From an uncultured Actinomycetes bacterium (GTDB taxonomy: Bacteria > Actinomycetota > Thermoleophilia > UBA2241), in NCBI GenBank assembly GCA_963709345.1, contig CAVPVX010000001.1, positions 192,001 through 256,000 of the forward strand: a DNA stretch of 64,000 nt. The letters are read 5' to 3'. The position numbers and the translations under genes were made by a program. Positions 39,068-49,673 of the stretch are shown one piece after another (positions within the stretch are counted from its first letter, which is position 1; every line of letters starts with the position of its first letter). The notes beneath the pieces were generated by a model. The model made no database searches. It saw nothing but the letters and a program-made list of their open reading frames with translations, and was not told where the DNA came from.

Positions 39068-39900
39068 GCGCCACCGCAGCCGAGGTCGTGCGGTTCCTCG
39101 AGGAGACCGGCCGGCTCGAGGCGCTCCTGTCGGCTCCCGGAGACGACCACGAGCGTGTCGCCCTCACCGGCGTGAGCGGCGACGTGGAAGCGGGGCCGAA
39201 TGACATCGCTTGGCGCCGTGCCCCTATCGCCTCCGCGGCAGACGCCACGGCCGGCCTGCTGATCTGTGCCGGACCGGCCGCGCCCGACGGACCTCCGACC
39301 GGTCACGTCGTGGCCGTCTGCGCCGCGCCCAGACTGGCCATGGCCGAGGTCCTCGACCGCTTCTTCTCCGAACTCGGCGTCGACCGCGACCCCTCGTACG
39401 CGGAGCCGGATCAGGCCGAGTCTGTCGCCCGCAACCACTCCTGGGTCAAGAACGCGACCGTCGGCCCCCGCGTGAGGATCGCGCAGCACGTCGTCATCGG
39501 CTGCAGCGGAATGGGCTACGAACGCGACGCCGACGGTCGTCTCGTCGGCTTTCCCCAGCTCGGCAGAGTGATACTCGAGGCGGACGTCGACGTCGCCGCG
39601 CACGCCACCATCCAGCGCGGCGCGCTCCGCGACACCGTCGTGCGCCGCGGAGCCAAGATCGGCCCACACGTCAACGTCGGGCACAACGTGGAGATCGGCG
39701 AAGACGTACTCGTCACCGGTCACGCGCAGCTCGGCGGCGGCTGCCGCCTGGGCGATCGCGTCGTCGTCTGGCAGTCGGCCGCGATCGCGAACGGCGTGAC
39801 CGTCGGCGAAGGCGCGGTCGTCGGCATGGGCGCATGCCTGCGCAAAGACGTGCGCCCGGGCGAGGTCTGGGCCGGCAACCCCGCTCGCCGGCTCCGCTGA
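39064..39900 (+). CDS. LpxD-like hexapeptide N-acyltransferase
   Basis: IGCSGMGY..FPQLGRV..TIQRGALRDT..VGHNVEIG..WAGNPAR. Confidence 0.85.
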   Translation: MSATAAEVVRFLEETGRLEALLSAPGDDHERVALTGVSGDVEAGPNDIAWRRAPIASAADATAGLLICAGPAAPDGPPTGHVVAVCAAPRLAMAEVLDRFFSELGVDRDPSYAEPDQAESVARNHSWVKNATVGPRVRIAQHVVIGCSGMGYERDADGRLVGFPQLGRVILEADVDVAAHATIQRGALRDTVVRRGAKIGPHVNVGHNVEIGEDVLVTGHAQLGGGCRLGDRVVVWQSAAIANGVTVGEGAVVGMGACLRKDVRPGEVWAGNPARRLR

Positions 39901-40015
39901 CCACGCGCGCCGGCGCCGAGGCGCCGCGCTCTGATTGGCGACCCCGGCGCCTCGGCTTGTATCATCGCGAGCGAGCAGGAACAGGCGCCGTCGGCTGCGC
40001 CGCGAAAGGACGTGC

Positions 40016-41242
40016 ATGAGGTTCGAGCGGTTTCTTGGGAGGGCGGCGGCTCGTCACCCGGCGATCGTCCTGCAGGTCTCTTGGGCCAACGGCCTCGGCA
40101 TCATCCGCGATCTGTCTCGCCACGATGTGCCGCTGCTCGCCCTGGACGCTAACCCTCGCGCGCTCGGCCTGAACTCGCGCCGTGCCGCCGGCATGGTGTG
40201 CCCCGACCCCAAGATCGACGAGGAGGCCTTTGTGACCTTCCTCGAGGATCTCGGCCGGAGGCTGCCTCTGCGCGCCGTACTCTTCCCGACGCACGACGAG
40301 TACATCTGGCCCATCTCGCGGCACGCCGAGCGTCTCGACCCCTGGTTCATCATCCCGTTCTCCCGCTGGGAGACGATGCGGCAACTCCACGACAAGCGGG
40401 CGCAGATCGAGGGCGCTTGGCGCTGCAGCGTCGACACGCCCAAGACCGTGTTCATCGAGTCCGAGGCCGATCTCGAGCGCGGCGCCGACGAGATCGGATT
40501 CCCCGCCATCTTCAAGCCCGTCGAGTCACTGGCCTTCAAGCTCCGCTTCCACCGCCACGTTCTTGAGATCGCGAGTCGCGACGAGATGGAGAGCGTCTAC
40601 GCCCGGGCGAACGACTGCGGCACGCTGATGATGCAGGAGATCGTACCCGGAGGCGACGACGAGCTCTACACGCTCGGCTCATACCTGGACGAGGAGTCGC
40701 GCCCGCTCGCCGTGTTCACCGGGCACAAGCTACGCCAGCACCCGCCCGTGTTCGGGCACTGCCGGATGGCGGTCAGTCGCTGGGTCCCCGAAATGGCCGA
40801 CGCGGGCGTCCGTCTGCTGCGGGAGCTCGACTACCACGGCGTGAGCCAGGTCGAGTTCAAACGCGACGTCAACGACGGGCGCTACAAGCTGATGGAGATC
40901 AATGCCCGCCACTGGATGTGGCACGCGCTCGGCACCGATTCCGGCGTCGACCTCTCCTACGCCGCCTACTCCGACGCCGTCGGACGCCCCTTCATCGCTC
41001 CCTGCCAGACGGAGGGCGGCAAGTGGGTGATCTCCCTCACCGACGCGAGCGACTCGATACACGAGTGGCGCAAGGGCGAGAGGGAGCTCCTCCCTTGGAT
41101 CAGGACGTACGCGAACGTGCGGCGTGACGGGCTCTACGACCTTGCCGACCCCATGCCCGGCCTCCTGGCCACGACTCGCCAGCTCCGCCGCGTGATCACG
41201 CGGGGGCCGCACAGGGGCCACGCAGCGGGGGGCGGCGCGTGA
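40016..41242 (+). CDS. ATP-grasp carboxylate-amine ligase (D-aspartate-ligase-like), paralog 1
   Basis: NGLGIIRDL, LFPTHDE, HDK, FPAIFKP, QEIVPGGD, KLRQHP, VEFKRD, EINAR. Confidence 0.85.
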   Translation: MRFERFLGRAAARHPAIVLQVSWANGLGIIRDLSRHDVPLLALDANPRALGLNSRRAAGMVCPDPKIDEEAFVTFLEDLGRRLPLRAVLFPTHDEYIWPISRHAERLDPWFIIPFSRWETMRQLHDKRAQIEGAWRCSVDTPKTVFIESEADLERGADEIGFPAIFKPVESLAFKLRFHRHVLEIASRDEMESVYARANDCGTLMMQEIVPGGDDELYTLGSYLDEESRPLAVFTGHKLRQHPPVFGHCRMAVSRWVPEMADAGVRLLRELDYHGVSQVEFKRDVNDGRYKLMEINARHWMWHALGTDSGVDLSYAAYSDAVGRPFIAPCQTEGGKWVISLTDASDSIHEWRKGERELLPWIRTYANVRRDGLYDLADPMPGLLATTRQLRRVITRGPHRGHAAGGGA

Positions 41243-42453
41243 GAAGAGCGTCCTTCCTCCGTGAAGCCGGATCTACGGCACCCGCCGTCGTCCTGCAGGC
41301 AAGCTACGCCTGCGGCCTGGGCATCATCCGGGATCTCGGGCGCCACGGCGTCCCGGTCGCCGCCATGGATCCCGACCCCGAGGCCCTCGGCTTTCGTTCG
41401 CGGTACGCGGCCGGCCTCGTCTGCCCCGATCCTCTTGATGACGAAGAGGCCTTTCTCGCCTTTCTCGAGGAGTTTGGGCGCTCCTTGCCTCAGCCCGCCG
41501 TCGTCTTCCCCAGTCACGACGAGTACATCTGGCCGCTGTCGCGCCACGCGGAGCGTCTGGCGCCCTCCTTCATCGTGCCGTTCTCGCGCTGGGCGGTCAT
41601 GCAGCGCGTCCACGACAAGCGTGCTCAGCTGGAGGCCGCCTGGAGAACCGGCGCGGACACGCCCAAGACCGTGTTCGTCGAGTCTGGATCTGAACTGGCG
41701 GCGGCGGCCGACGAGGTGCGGTTCCCGGCCGTGCTCAAACCGGTGGACTCCCTGGCGTTCAAGCTGCGCTTTCACCGGCACATCATCGACGTGGATTCGC
41801 CGGCGGAGCTGGAGCGCGTCTACGACAAAGTGGACGACCTCGGGCTCCTGATTCTGCAGGAGCGCATTCCCGGCGGCGAGGACGAGCTCTGGACCGTCGG
41901 CTCCTACCTCGACGCAAGCTCCCGTCCGCGGGCCGTGTTCTGTGGTCGCAAGCTGCGCCAGTACCCGCACTCCGGGGGCAGCTGCCTCGCCGGCGTCGGC
42001 GCCTGGGACCAGCGCCTCGTCGATACGGCGCTCCGTCTGCTGCAGGAGCTGCGCTTTCACGGCGTGAGCCAGGTAGAGTTCAAACGCGACCCGCGCGACG
42101 GGCGCTTCTGCCTGATGGAGATCAACGCCCGGCACTGGAAGTGGCACGGGCTGGCGGCCGCCAGCGGCGTCAACCTCTCGCTGGCCGCCTACCGTGACGT
42201 CACGGGCGAGCCCTCCCTGGCGCCGCGACAGACCGACGGGGTCAAGTGGATCGTGGCCAACAAGGATGTCCCCTTGGCGATCCTCGAGATCGCCCGACGA
42301 GAGCGGCGTGCCGGAGAGTACCTGAGATCCCTTCGCGGCACGCGTATAGACGGTCTCCACTCTCTCAACGACCCCATGCCCGGCGGCGTGAACGCCTTTC
42401 GGGTCGCGCACCAGGTGGTGACGCGTCAGCCGCGCGCCCGGGCGGACGTATGA
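41239..42453 (+). CDS. ATP-grasp carboxylate-amine ligase (D-aspartate-ligase-like), paralog 2
   Basis: Same motifs as paralog 1; collinear tandem duplicate. Confidence 0.85.
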   Translation: MRRASFLREAGSTAPAVVLQASYACGLGIIRDLGRHGVPVAAMDPDPEALGFRSRYAAGLVCPDPLDDEEAFLAFLEEFGRSLPQPAVVFPSHDEYIWPLSRHAERLAPSFIVPFSRWAVMQRVHDKRAQLEAAWRTGADTPKTVFVESGSELAAAADEVRFPAVLKPVDSLAFKLRFHRHIIDVDSPAELERVYDKVDDLGLLILQERIPGGEDELWTVGSYLDASSRPRAVFCGRKLRQYPHSGGSCLAGVGAWDQRLVDTALRLLQELRFHGVSQVEFKRDPRDGRFCLMEINARHWKWHGLAAASGVNLSLAAYRDVTGEPSLAPRQTDGVKWIVANKDVPLAILEIARRERRAGEYLRSLRGTRIDGLHSLNDPMPGGVNAFRVAHQVVTRQPRARADV

Positions 42454-44048
42454 CCCACGTGCCGTCGCCACTCGCGAGCCTCGAGGTCTACGTCGACGCG
42501 CCGGATGCGTTCGCGCCGCGCGCCGCCTGGGCGCTCGAAACGCTCCTGGCGCCGTTAGGCCGCGCGGTCGCGGTGACTCACGACGCCGCGCGAGCGGGCG
42601 AAGCCGCTCTCGCCTACGCGCCCGCCCCCGTGGCCGGCGTGCCGACCATCCCTCGCAGCGACGAGGCGATGGACATCTTCGCCGCCTCGAGGCCGCTGCC
42701 GAACGGCGCGTTCACGCGTCTCGCGGCGGCCGCGCCGGCCCCGGAGGGCGCCGGCGGCGCCATGCTCTCGGTCGTCGCGGCCTTCCCCGCACCGGACCCG
42801 GTCCGCTTTGCAGCACCTTGTGACCTCGTCGCCTCGTCGTTCGCGCTCCTCGCCTGCTGGGACGAGCGCACCACGTCCGAGCGCGACCGCTTCGGTCGCC
42901 TGCCGTACTCCGCCGGCGTGTTCGCCGCCAACCCCGAGCTGGCGATCGACGAGCCGGCCGTCGACGGCTACCTGGAGCTCCTGCGCGCCGTCCTCCCCCC
43001 CCGCCTCGCGACCCTCGGGCTCGAGCCCTTGCCGAAGCCAGGCTGGATGTGGAGTGACGGGGAATTCGCGGTCGCGCTCACGCACGACCTGGACAACCTC
43101 TGGCGCTGGACGCGGCGCGGGTTCGCCGCCGCGGGCTACCGCACGGCCCGCGGCGTCTGCCGACGCGACTTGGCCGCGGTGCGACGCGAGCTCGGCGACG
43201 CCGGCGACTGGCTCGTCCATCATCTCCCGCGGCGCACCGATCCCTTCTGGACCTTCCCCCGGATCCTCGGTGGTGAGGACGCCCGCGGCGTCACATCCAC
43301 CTTCTTCGTCATCGCCCGGCACACGCACAAGCAGGACGGCAACCAGCCGGAGACGTACCGCAGGCGCATTCCCGAGGCTCTCTCACTGCTCGCCCGGCAT
43401 CGGCGCGAGATCGGCCTCCACGGCAACGACGCCGACCGGCTCGGTCTCGACCCGCTGATCGACGACCGCGCGCTCTTGGCCCGCAAGGCGCACGCCGAGG
43501 TGCACGGGATCCGCTACCACTACCTACGCTGCCTCTATCACGAGACGCTGCCGCTCCTGGAGAACGCCCGGTTCAGCTACGACACGAGTCTCGCCTTCGC
43601 CGAACACGAAGGCTTCCGCTGCGGCTGCTCCTTCCCCTTCCGCCCCTATTCGCTGGCCGAGGAGCGACCCCTCGACCTGGTCGAGGTGCCCCTGGCGGTG
43701 ATGGACGGGACGCTGCAGCAGCCGCACTACCGCGCCCTGCCGGCACCCGAGGCCGAGCGCGCGGCCGCCGCCGTGCTCGCGCGCGTGCGTGCAAGTGGCG
43801 GCGCCTCCAGCCTGCTCTGGCACAACAACCGCTTCGACCCGCGCCTCTCCCGAGGCTACGACAAGGTCTACTGGAAGCTCGTGGACGGAGTACGGGAGCA
43901 GGGCGGCGTCGCCACCTCGGCGGGAGACATCGTCGCGCGCTGGCGGAGAGCCTTCGGGTTGCCCGAGCCCTCCTCTCTTCTGGCGGCCGGGACACCGACA
44001 TGCGAATGCCGCGTCGATGCCACGGCCGGCGTCCGGCGCACAGCGTGA
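42450..44048 (+). CDS. Polysaccharide deacetylase family protein
   Basis: LTHDLD, EIGLHG, RYHYLR, YDTSLAFAE..GFRCG, MDGTL, LLWHN. Confidence 0.85.
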   Translation: MTHVPSPLASLEVYVDAPDAFAPRAAWALETLLAPLGRAVAVTHDAARAGEAALAYAPAPVAGVPTIPRSDEAMDIFAASRPLPNGAFTRLAAAAPAPEGAGGAMLSVVAAFPAPDPVRFAAPCDLVASSFALLACWDERTTSERDRFGRLPYSAGVFAANPELAIDEPAVDGYLELLRAVLPPRLATLGLEPLPKPGWMWSDGEFAVALTHDLDNLWRWTRRGFAAAGYRTARGVCRRDLAAVRRELGDAGDWLVHHLPRRTDPFWTFPRILGGEDARGVTSTFFVIARHTHKQDGNQPETYRRRIPEALSLLARHRREIGLHGNDADRLGLDPLIDDRALLARKAHAEVHGIRYHYLRCLYHETLPLLENARFSYDTSLAFAEHEGFRCGCSFPFRPYSLAEERPLDLVEVPLAVMDGTLQQPHYRALPAPEAERAAAAVLARVRASGGASSLLWHNNRFDPRLSRGYDKVYWKLVDGVREQGGVATSAGDIVARWRRAFGLPEPSSLLAAGTPTCECRVDATAGVRRTA

Positions 44049-45178
44049 CTCGAGTCCTGCATCTCAGCGTCGTCCACAGGCCGGACGACCCACGCATCTA
44101 CGAACGCGAGTGCCGCACGCTGGCACAGGCCGGCTACGAGGTCATGTACATGGCGCCCGGCGCCGAGCGCGGGCGCGACGTCGCGGGAGTCCTGCGCGCT
44201 CCGCTGCCGGTGCGCGGCCGCCGCACACGCTTCCTCAGCTCGGTGGACATCATGAAGGCCCTGCATGCGCTGCGGCCCGAGGTCCTGCACGTGCACGACC
44301 CCGAGCTGCTCACCCTGTTCCCGGCAGCAAAGGCCTTCGTGCCGCGTCTTGTGTACGACATGCACGAGTATGTGCCCGAGGCGGTGGCCGGCAAGCCGTA
44401 CATCCCCGCAATGGCCCGGCCGGCGGCATCCCGGACCACCGCCGTCGCCCAGAGGAGCCTGGCGGCGTTTGGCTCCGGCGTCGTCGTGGTCACCGACGGC
44501 CAACTGGCGGCCCTGGGCAGCGTGCCGAAGCTACGGCTCGTCTCGCCGAACTACCCACGGGTCGAGCGCTTCGACGGCGCGACACCCGTCCCCGGACTCG
44601 CCGCCGACCCACGGCTCAAGCTCATCTACGTCGGCAGCCTGTCGCGCGCGCGCGGCTGCGCGATGATGCTCGACGTCATGGAACAGCTCGAGCCGGATGA
44701 GGCCGCGCTCTACCTGGGCGGCGCCTTCAACGACCCTGCCTTGGAGACCGAGGTCGTGGCGCGGCTCGCCGCCGGTCTCGACGATCGTGTCAAGCTGCTC
44801 GGCCGAATCCCGCCGGCGGAGCTCCCCGGGCACCTGGCCGCGGCCGACGTGGTCTGGGTGCCGTCGGTCCCTACCAGCCAATACAGCCATCCGGCCGTCC
44901 CCACGAAGCTCTTCGAGGGCATGGCGATGAGTCTCGCCGCGCTGGTCAGCGATCTGCCGGGGCGCGGCGAGCTCGTCCGCTTGGAGGAATGCGGCCTCGC
45001 CGTCGAGCCCGGCGTGGAAGGTCATCTACGCGGTCTGCGGCGCCTGCTCGCCAACCGCTCGGCGCTCGCCGAGATGGGCGCTCGCGGCCGCCGCGCGGTC
45101 GAGCGCCGCTACTCATGGGAGGCCGTGCAAGGCGATTTGGTAGACTTCTATGGTTCGCTCTGCGCCGGGCGGGCGTAG
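44045..45178 (+). CDS. Glycosyltransferase, GT4
   Basis: VHRPDDPRI, HVHDPEL, YDMHEY, PTKLFEGMA. Confidence 0.9.
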   Translation: MTRVLHLSVVHRPDDPRIYERECRTLAQAGYEVMYMAPGAERGRDVAGVLRAPLPVRGRRTRFLSSVDIMKALHALRPEVLHVHDPELLTLFPAAKAFVPRLVYDMHEYVPEAVAGKPYIPAMARPAASRTTAVAQRSLAAFGSGVVVVTDGQLAALGSVPKLRLVSPNYPRVERFDGATPVPGLAADPRLKLIYVGSLSRARGCAMMLDVMEQLEPDEAALYLGGAFNDPALETEVVARLAAGLDDRVKLLGRIPPAELPGHLAAADVVWVPSVPTSQYSHPAVPTKLFEGMAMSLAALVSDLPGRGELVRLEECGLAVEPGVEGHLRGLRRLLANRSALAEMGARGRRAVERRYSWEAVQGDLVDFYGSLCAGRA

Positions 45179-45237
45179 CCGGCCCCGGCGCAGCGCCCAA
45201 TGAACCGCGCAGCGCCTCACCGAGGGGAGTGCCTCAC

Positions 45238-45876
45238 GTGAGCATCGATGGCTTCAAGAACGTCCTTGTCCTCGCGCCACACACCGATGACGGCGAGTTC
45301 GGCTGCGGCGGCACGATGGCCCGCCTCATCGAGCAAGGGATCAAGGTCACGTACGCCGCCTTCAGCACCGCCGCCAAGAGCGTCCCCGAGGGCTTCCCCA
45401 AGGACGTCCTCAAGCACGAGGTCCGCGCCGCGACCGGCGTCCTCGGCATCCCCGAGGCCGACCTCAGGATCTACGACTTCGAGGTCCGCACCTTCCCGAC
45501 CGTGCGACAGGACATCCTCGAGGAAATGATCGTCCTGCAGCAGGAGCTCGACCCGGACTGCGTGCTGCTGCCGGCATTGATCGATCTGCACCAGGACCAC
45601 AAGACGATCGCCGAGGAAGGCTTACGCGCCTTCAAGCGCACGACGGTGATGGCCTACGAGATCCCATGGAACAACCTCAACTTCGAACAGCAGGCCTACG
45701 TGCGGCTCGAGGAGCGCCACATACACAAGAAGATTGACGCCCTGGCGTGTTACGCCAGCCAGGGCCATCGCAACTACCTGAACGAGGACTACATCCGCAA
45801 CGTCGCGTTCACCCGCGGCATCAACATCGGCTGCGAGCTCGCCGAGGTGTTCGAGGTCTACCGCTGGATCCTCTAG
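45238..45876 (+). CDS. PIG-L/LmbE family N-deacetylase
   Basis: LAPHTDDGEFGCGGT, DLHQDH, CYASQ. Confidence 0.92.
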   Translation: MSIDGFKNVLVLAPHTDDGEFGCGGTMARLIEQGIKVTYAAFSTAAKSVPEGFPKDVLKHEVRAATGVLGIPEADLRIYDFEVRTFPTVRQDILEEMIVLQQELDPDCVLLPALIDLHQDHKTIAEEGLRAFKRTTVMAYEIPWNNLNFEQQAYVRLEERHIHKKIDALACYASQGHRNYLNEDYIRNVAFTRGINIGCELAEVFEVYRWIL

Positions 45877-45950
45877 GGCCGCTCGGGACGGCCCGCGATT
45901 CGTAGCCGGAGCCGGCCCACGCGCCCCCGACCAAACGGAGACGTGCCCGC

Positions 45951-47207
45951 GTGCACATCCTCTTCCTGACCCACTACTTCAGCCCCGAGAACAACGCCCC
46001 GGCCGCTCGCGTGCACGGCATGGCGAAGGAGTGGGCGCGCCTCGGGCACCGGGTGACCGTGCTGACCGGCGCGCCCAACGTGCCCGCCGGCGTCGTGTAT
46101 GAGGGCTACGAGAACCGCGTCTACCAAGAAGAGTGGATCGACGGCATCCGCACGGTCCGCGTCTGGACGTGGCTGGCGGCCAACCGCGGCCGCGTGCGCC
46201 GCGGCCTCAACTTCCTCTCGTACCTGGCCGCGGCCGGCGCAGCCGGCCCGCTGCTGCGGCCGCGCGCCGACGTCGTCGTCGCGACCAGCCCGCAGTTCTT
46301 CGCCGGCTGGGCGGGCTGGCCGGTCGCGCGCGCCCACGGCGCGCCGTTCGTGCTCGAGATTCGCGACATCTGGCCCGACTCGATCACCGCCGTCGGCGCA
46401 CTCGAGGAGGGCCGCGTCATCCACGCGCTCGAGAAGCTCGAGCGCGCCCTCTACGACAGCGCCGACCACATCGTCGCCGTCGGCGAAGGCTACCGTCAGA
46501 ACATGATCCGCAAGGGCGTCGACCCCGCCAAGATCGACATCGTCACCAACGGCGTGGACGTCGACCTGTTCGAGCCGCGCGAGCCCGACCAGGAGCTCCG
46601 CGCGCATCTGGGCTTCTCTCCCGAGACGTTCGTCGTCACCTTCGCCGGCACGATCGGCATGGCCAGTGGGCTCGAGGTCGTGCTCGGCGCCGCCCGCCGG
46701 CTCAAGGCGCAGGGGCACGGCGACATCGCCTTCCTCCTCATCGGCGACGGCGCCGTGCGCGCCGAGCTCGAGGCGGCAGCGCGTTCCGAAGGCCTCGGCA
46801 ACGTCGTCTTCACCGGCATGGTGCCTCGCGCCGAGCTGCCCGGCTACCTCGCGAGCAGCGACGCCTGCCTCGTGCACTTCCGCAAGCAGGACCTCTTCGG
46901 CACCATCCTGCCGAGCAAGTTCTTCGAAGATGCGGCGATGGAGCGGCCTATCCTGCTCGGCTTCGAGGGCGACGCCCGGGCGATGCTGGACGAGGCCGAT
47001 TGCGGCATCGCCTTCGAGCCGTCGAACGATGAGGAGCTGGCGGCGGCGGCCGTGAGGCTCGCCGCCACCTCGACCGACGAGCGGCGGCGGCTCGGTCGCA
47101 ACGGCCGCGGCTACGTCCTCGAGCGCTTCGAGCGCCGCAAGCTCGCGCACGACTACCTCGAGATCCTCGACCGCGTGCGCGCCGGCCACCGCCTGGGCCG
47201 GCGATGA
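45951..47207 (+). CDS. Glycosyltransferase, GT4 (WbuB-like)
   Basis: THYFSPENNAPAAR, ATSPQFF, EIRDIWP, LPSKFFE. Confidence 0.92.
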   Translation: MHILFLTHYFSPENNAPAARVHGMAKEWARLGHRVTVLTGAPNVPAGVVYEGYENRVYQEEWIDGIRTVRVWTWLAANRGRVRRGLNFLSYLAAAGAAGPLLRPRADVVVATSPQFFAGWAGWPVARAHGAPFVLEIRDIWPDSITAVGALEEGRVIHALEKLERALYDSADHIVAVGEGYRQNMIRKGVDPAKIDIVTNGVDVDLFEPREPDQELRAHLGFSPETFVVTFAGTIGMASGLEVVLGAARRLKAQGHGDIAFLLIGDGAVRAELEAAARSEGLGNVVFTGMVPRAELPGYLASSDACLVHFRKQDLFGTILPSKFFEDAAMERPILLGFEGDARAMLDEADCGIAFEPSNDEELAAAAVRLAATSTDERRRLGRNGRGYVLERFERRKLAHDYLEILDRVRAGHRLGRR

Positions 47208-47267
47208 GAGCCGGCAGCGGCGGCAGCGGCCCTCGCCACCCCGCAGGCTCACCCCCGCAGGCTCACC

Positions 47268-48098
47268 TCAGCGCGGCTCGCCGAACAGGCAGCGCTCGGC
47301 GTTCCTGGCGAAGAACAGCTCGCGCAGCTCCGGCCTCACGGCTTCGCTCCAGGCCTCCACGGCGGCGCCGAACTCGACGAGCGGGTAGTCGGTGCCGAAG
47401 AGGCAGCGGTCCTTGAGGTAGGAGTTGACCGCCTGCAGCGTCGCCTCGGGCAGGTACTGCGGCCACAGGGCGCTGAACTCGAGGAAGACGTTCGGGTGCT
47501 TCTGCGCCACCGCCAGGCCGAGGGTGCCGAAGCCGTTGCCGGCGTGCGAGATCACCAGCTTCAGGTTGGGGAAGTCGATGGCGATCTCGTCCATGTACTT
47601 GGGATCGCCGAGCCACATGCTCTGGAAGCGGTTGTAGTGCAGGCTGCCGTGGACGATGGCGACGAGGCCGTGGCTCTCGCAGTACGCGTAGAGGGGGTAG
47701 AGCACGCTGGCGTTGGCCGGGATCCCCCAGATCCACGGGCTGACGTTCACCCCGAGGAAGCCGGCCGTGCGGCAGCGCTCCAGCTCCTCGAGGTTGCGGC
47801 GCACGCCGTACTTGGGGTGGACGCCGGCGATGGTGTAGAAGGGGCTCTCGCCGCCGAAGGCGTCGACGACCGCCATGAGGTGGTCGTTGTCCTCGAGCGA
47901 GCCGCCGCACACGACGCCGCGCGAGACGCCGCCGCGCTTCATCGTGGCCACGTACTCGGGCATCTCGAGCGGCGTCAGCCGGGGGCGCATCTTGTAGAGG
48001 TCGATGTACTGCGCGAAGTGTGGCGCCGGATCGTCGGGGTTCCAGGGGCCGAGCATGTGCTCCGTCCGGAGCCGTACGCGGAAATCGACGACGTCCAT
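47268..48098 (-). CDS. Amidohydrolase family 2 protein
   Basis: YPLYAYC, IVHG, FPNLKLVISHAG, LFGTDYP; SD GAAAGGA. Confidence 0.85.
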   Translation of the reverse strand: MDVVDFRVRLRTEHMLGPWNPDDPAPHFAQYIDLYKMRPRLTPLEMPEYVATMKRGGVSRGVVCGGSLEDNDHLMAVVDAFGGESPFYTIAGVHPKYGVRRNLEELERCRTAGFLGVNVSPWIWGIPANASVLYPLYAYCESHGLVAIVHGSLHYNRFQSMWLGDPKYMDEIAIDFPNLKLVISHAGNGFGTLGLAVAQKHPNVFLEFSALWPQYLPEATLQAVNSYLKDRCLFGTDYPLVEFGAAVEAWSEAVRPELRELFFARNAERCLFGEPR

Positions 48099-48377
48099 GC
48101 GTGCGTCCTTTCGTGTATCGGGCGGCTAGGTCGGTCGGGGCAGACCTGTCTTTTTGGGACCTGCCCATGGAGCAAGCCGTCTTCACGGGCAGTATCCTCC
48201 CCCAGCGCATGAGGGCACAACCAGCCTGGAGCACGGTGAGGACGCGCGGCGGCGTGTGGTCGGCGAGGGGCCACCGCCCTCCCGAAGCATGTAAAATGGG
48301 TGCATGAATGGAGTTCACGAACGCGCCGACGCGCGCGCCGGTGCGGCGGCTTGCTCGGCGGGCGAGGAGGCCGGATC

Positions 48378-49553
48378 GTGAAGGTCCTCGTCGTGTCGCA
48401 CCTGTATCCATCGCCCGGGGTCGAACGACATCTCTTCGTCCACCAGCAGGTACTCGCGCTCAAGGAACTCGGTGTCGAATCGCGTGTGCTGTCCCCGACT
48501 CCGTGGGCGCCGCGTGCGCTCTGGCGGAGCGAGCGCCAGCGGCGTCGCGGCCGGAAGCCGCGCGAAGCGACCCGCGACGGCGTCGTCGTCGAGTACCCGC
48601 GAGTCCTGCAGCCCCCGAAGCGCTTCCTGTTCGACCGCCTCGGCGATGTCGCCTACCACACGGTGCACCGGCTGCCGTCGACACGGTCGGCCGGCTATGA
48701 CCTCGTCCACGCGCACCAGGCGCTGCCGGACGGCGCGCTCGCGCAGCGCCTGGCCGCCGACCTCGGCCTGCCGGTCGTGATCACCGTGCACGGCGCCGAC
48801 GTCTACCAGCACTTGCGCATGGGCGGAGCCGTTGAGCGGCGCGTCAGGCAGGTGCTCGGTAGTGCCGACGCGGTGATGGCGAACTCCAGCGTCGTCGCCC
48901 GCCTGCTCCGCGATGTCGTCGCGCCGGAGAAGCTGACGGTCGTGCTCAACGGCACGACCGGTCTCGGAACACCGGTCGAGCCGGCCTCCGACTACCTGGC
49001 CGGCGGACCGCTCGTACTCACCGTGGGCCGGCTGATCGAGCGCAAGGGCACCGCCGACCTCATCGCCGCCGTCGGCAAGCTGAGCCGCGCCGGCCGGCGC
49101 ATCCAGCTCGCGATCGTCGGCGACGGACCGTTGCTTCACGCTCTCGAGGAACGGGCCGCGGCCGAGGGTGTGACCGACGACGTCCACTTCGTCGGCCGCA
49201 TGGAGCACGCACGCGTGCTCGCGACGATGGCGCGCGCGCAGCTCTTTGCCCTGCCGAGCTGGGACGAGGCCTTCGGGCTCGTCTATACGGAGGCCATGGC
49301 CCAAGGCACGCCCGTGCTCGCCCTTCAGGGGGGAGGCCCGGAGGACTTCATCGACCACGGCGTGAGCGGCGGCTGGCTGGTTCCCGCACGGGATCCCGGC
49401 GCGATAGCGGAGGTGCTCGCCTGGGTGCTCGACAACCCGGACGGGGCGGCGGCGATCGGCGCGGCAGGACGCTCCACCGCCCTCGGCCTCAGCTGGCAGC
49501 GCAACGCCCGCCTGACGCTTGACGTCTACGAACGCGTGCTCAAGCACCGTTGA
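48378..49553 (+). CDS. Glycosyltransferase, GT4 (TuaC-like)
   Basis: LVVSHLYP, HAHQALPDG, TVHGAD, VGRLIERKG, EAFGLVYTEAMA; SD GAGGAGG. Confidence 0.9.
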   Translation: MKVLVVSHLYPSPGVERHLFVHQQVLALKELGVESRVLSPTPWAPRALWRSERQRRRGRKPREATRDGVVVEYPRVLQPPKRFLFDRLGDVAYHTVHRLPSTRSAGYDLVHAHQALPDGALAQRLAADLGLPVVITVHGADVYQHLRMGGAVERRVRQVLGSADAVMANSSVVARLLRDVVAPEKLTVVLNGTTGLGTPVEPASDYLAGGPLVLTVGRLIERKGTADLIAAVGKLSRAGRRIQLAIVGDGPLLHALEERAAAEGVTDDVHFVGRMEHARVLATMARAQLFALPSWDEAFGLVYTEAMAQGTPVLALQGGGPEDFIDHGVSGGWLVPARDPGAIAEVLAWVLDNPDGAAAIGAAGRSTALGLSWQRNARLTLDVYERVLKHR

Positions 49554-49673
49554 GGACTCCGGCGCCGTACGCACGACCATCCCGAGATCCTCGAGCGCGC
49601 TGCGGGCCCTGCTACCGTCGCCCGCCGCTCGCCTGCGGTAGGATGACCCAGTGAAACCATTGCGGAGGACCAC

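Noticed and set aside
39064-39900. lpxD indicating lipid A synthesis
   Set aside because: No other lpx genes; LpxD-like acyltransferases are common in glycan clusters.
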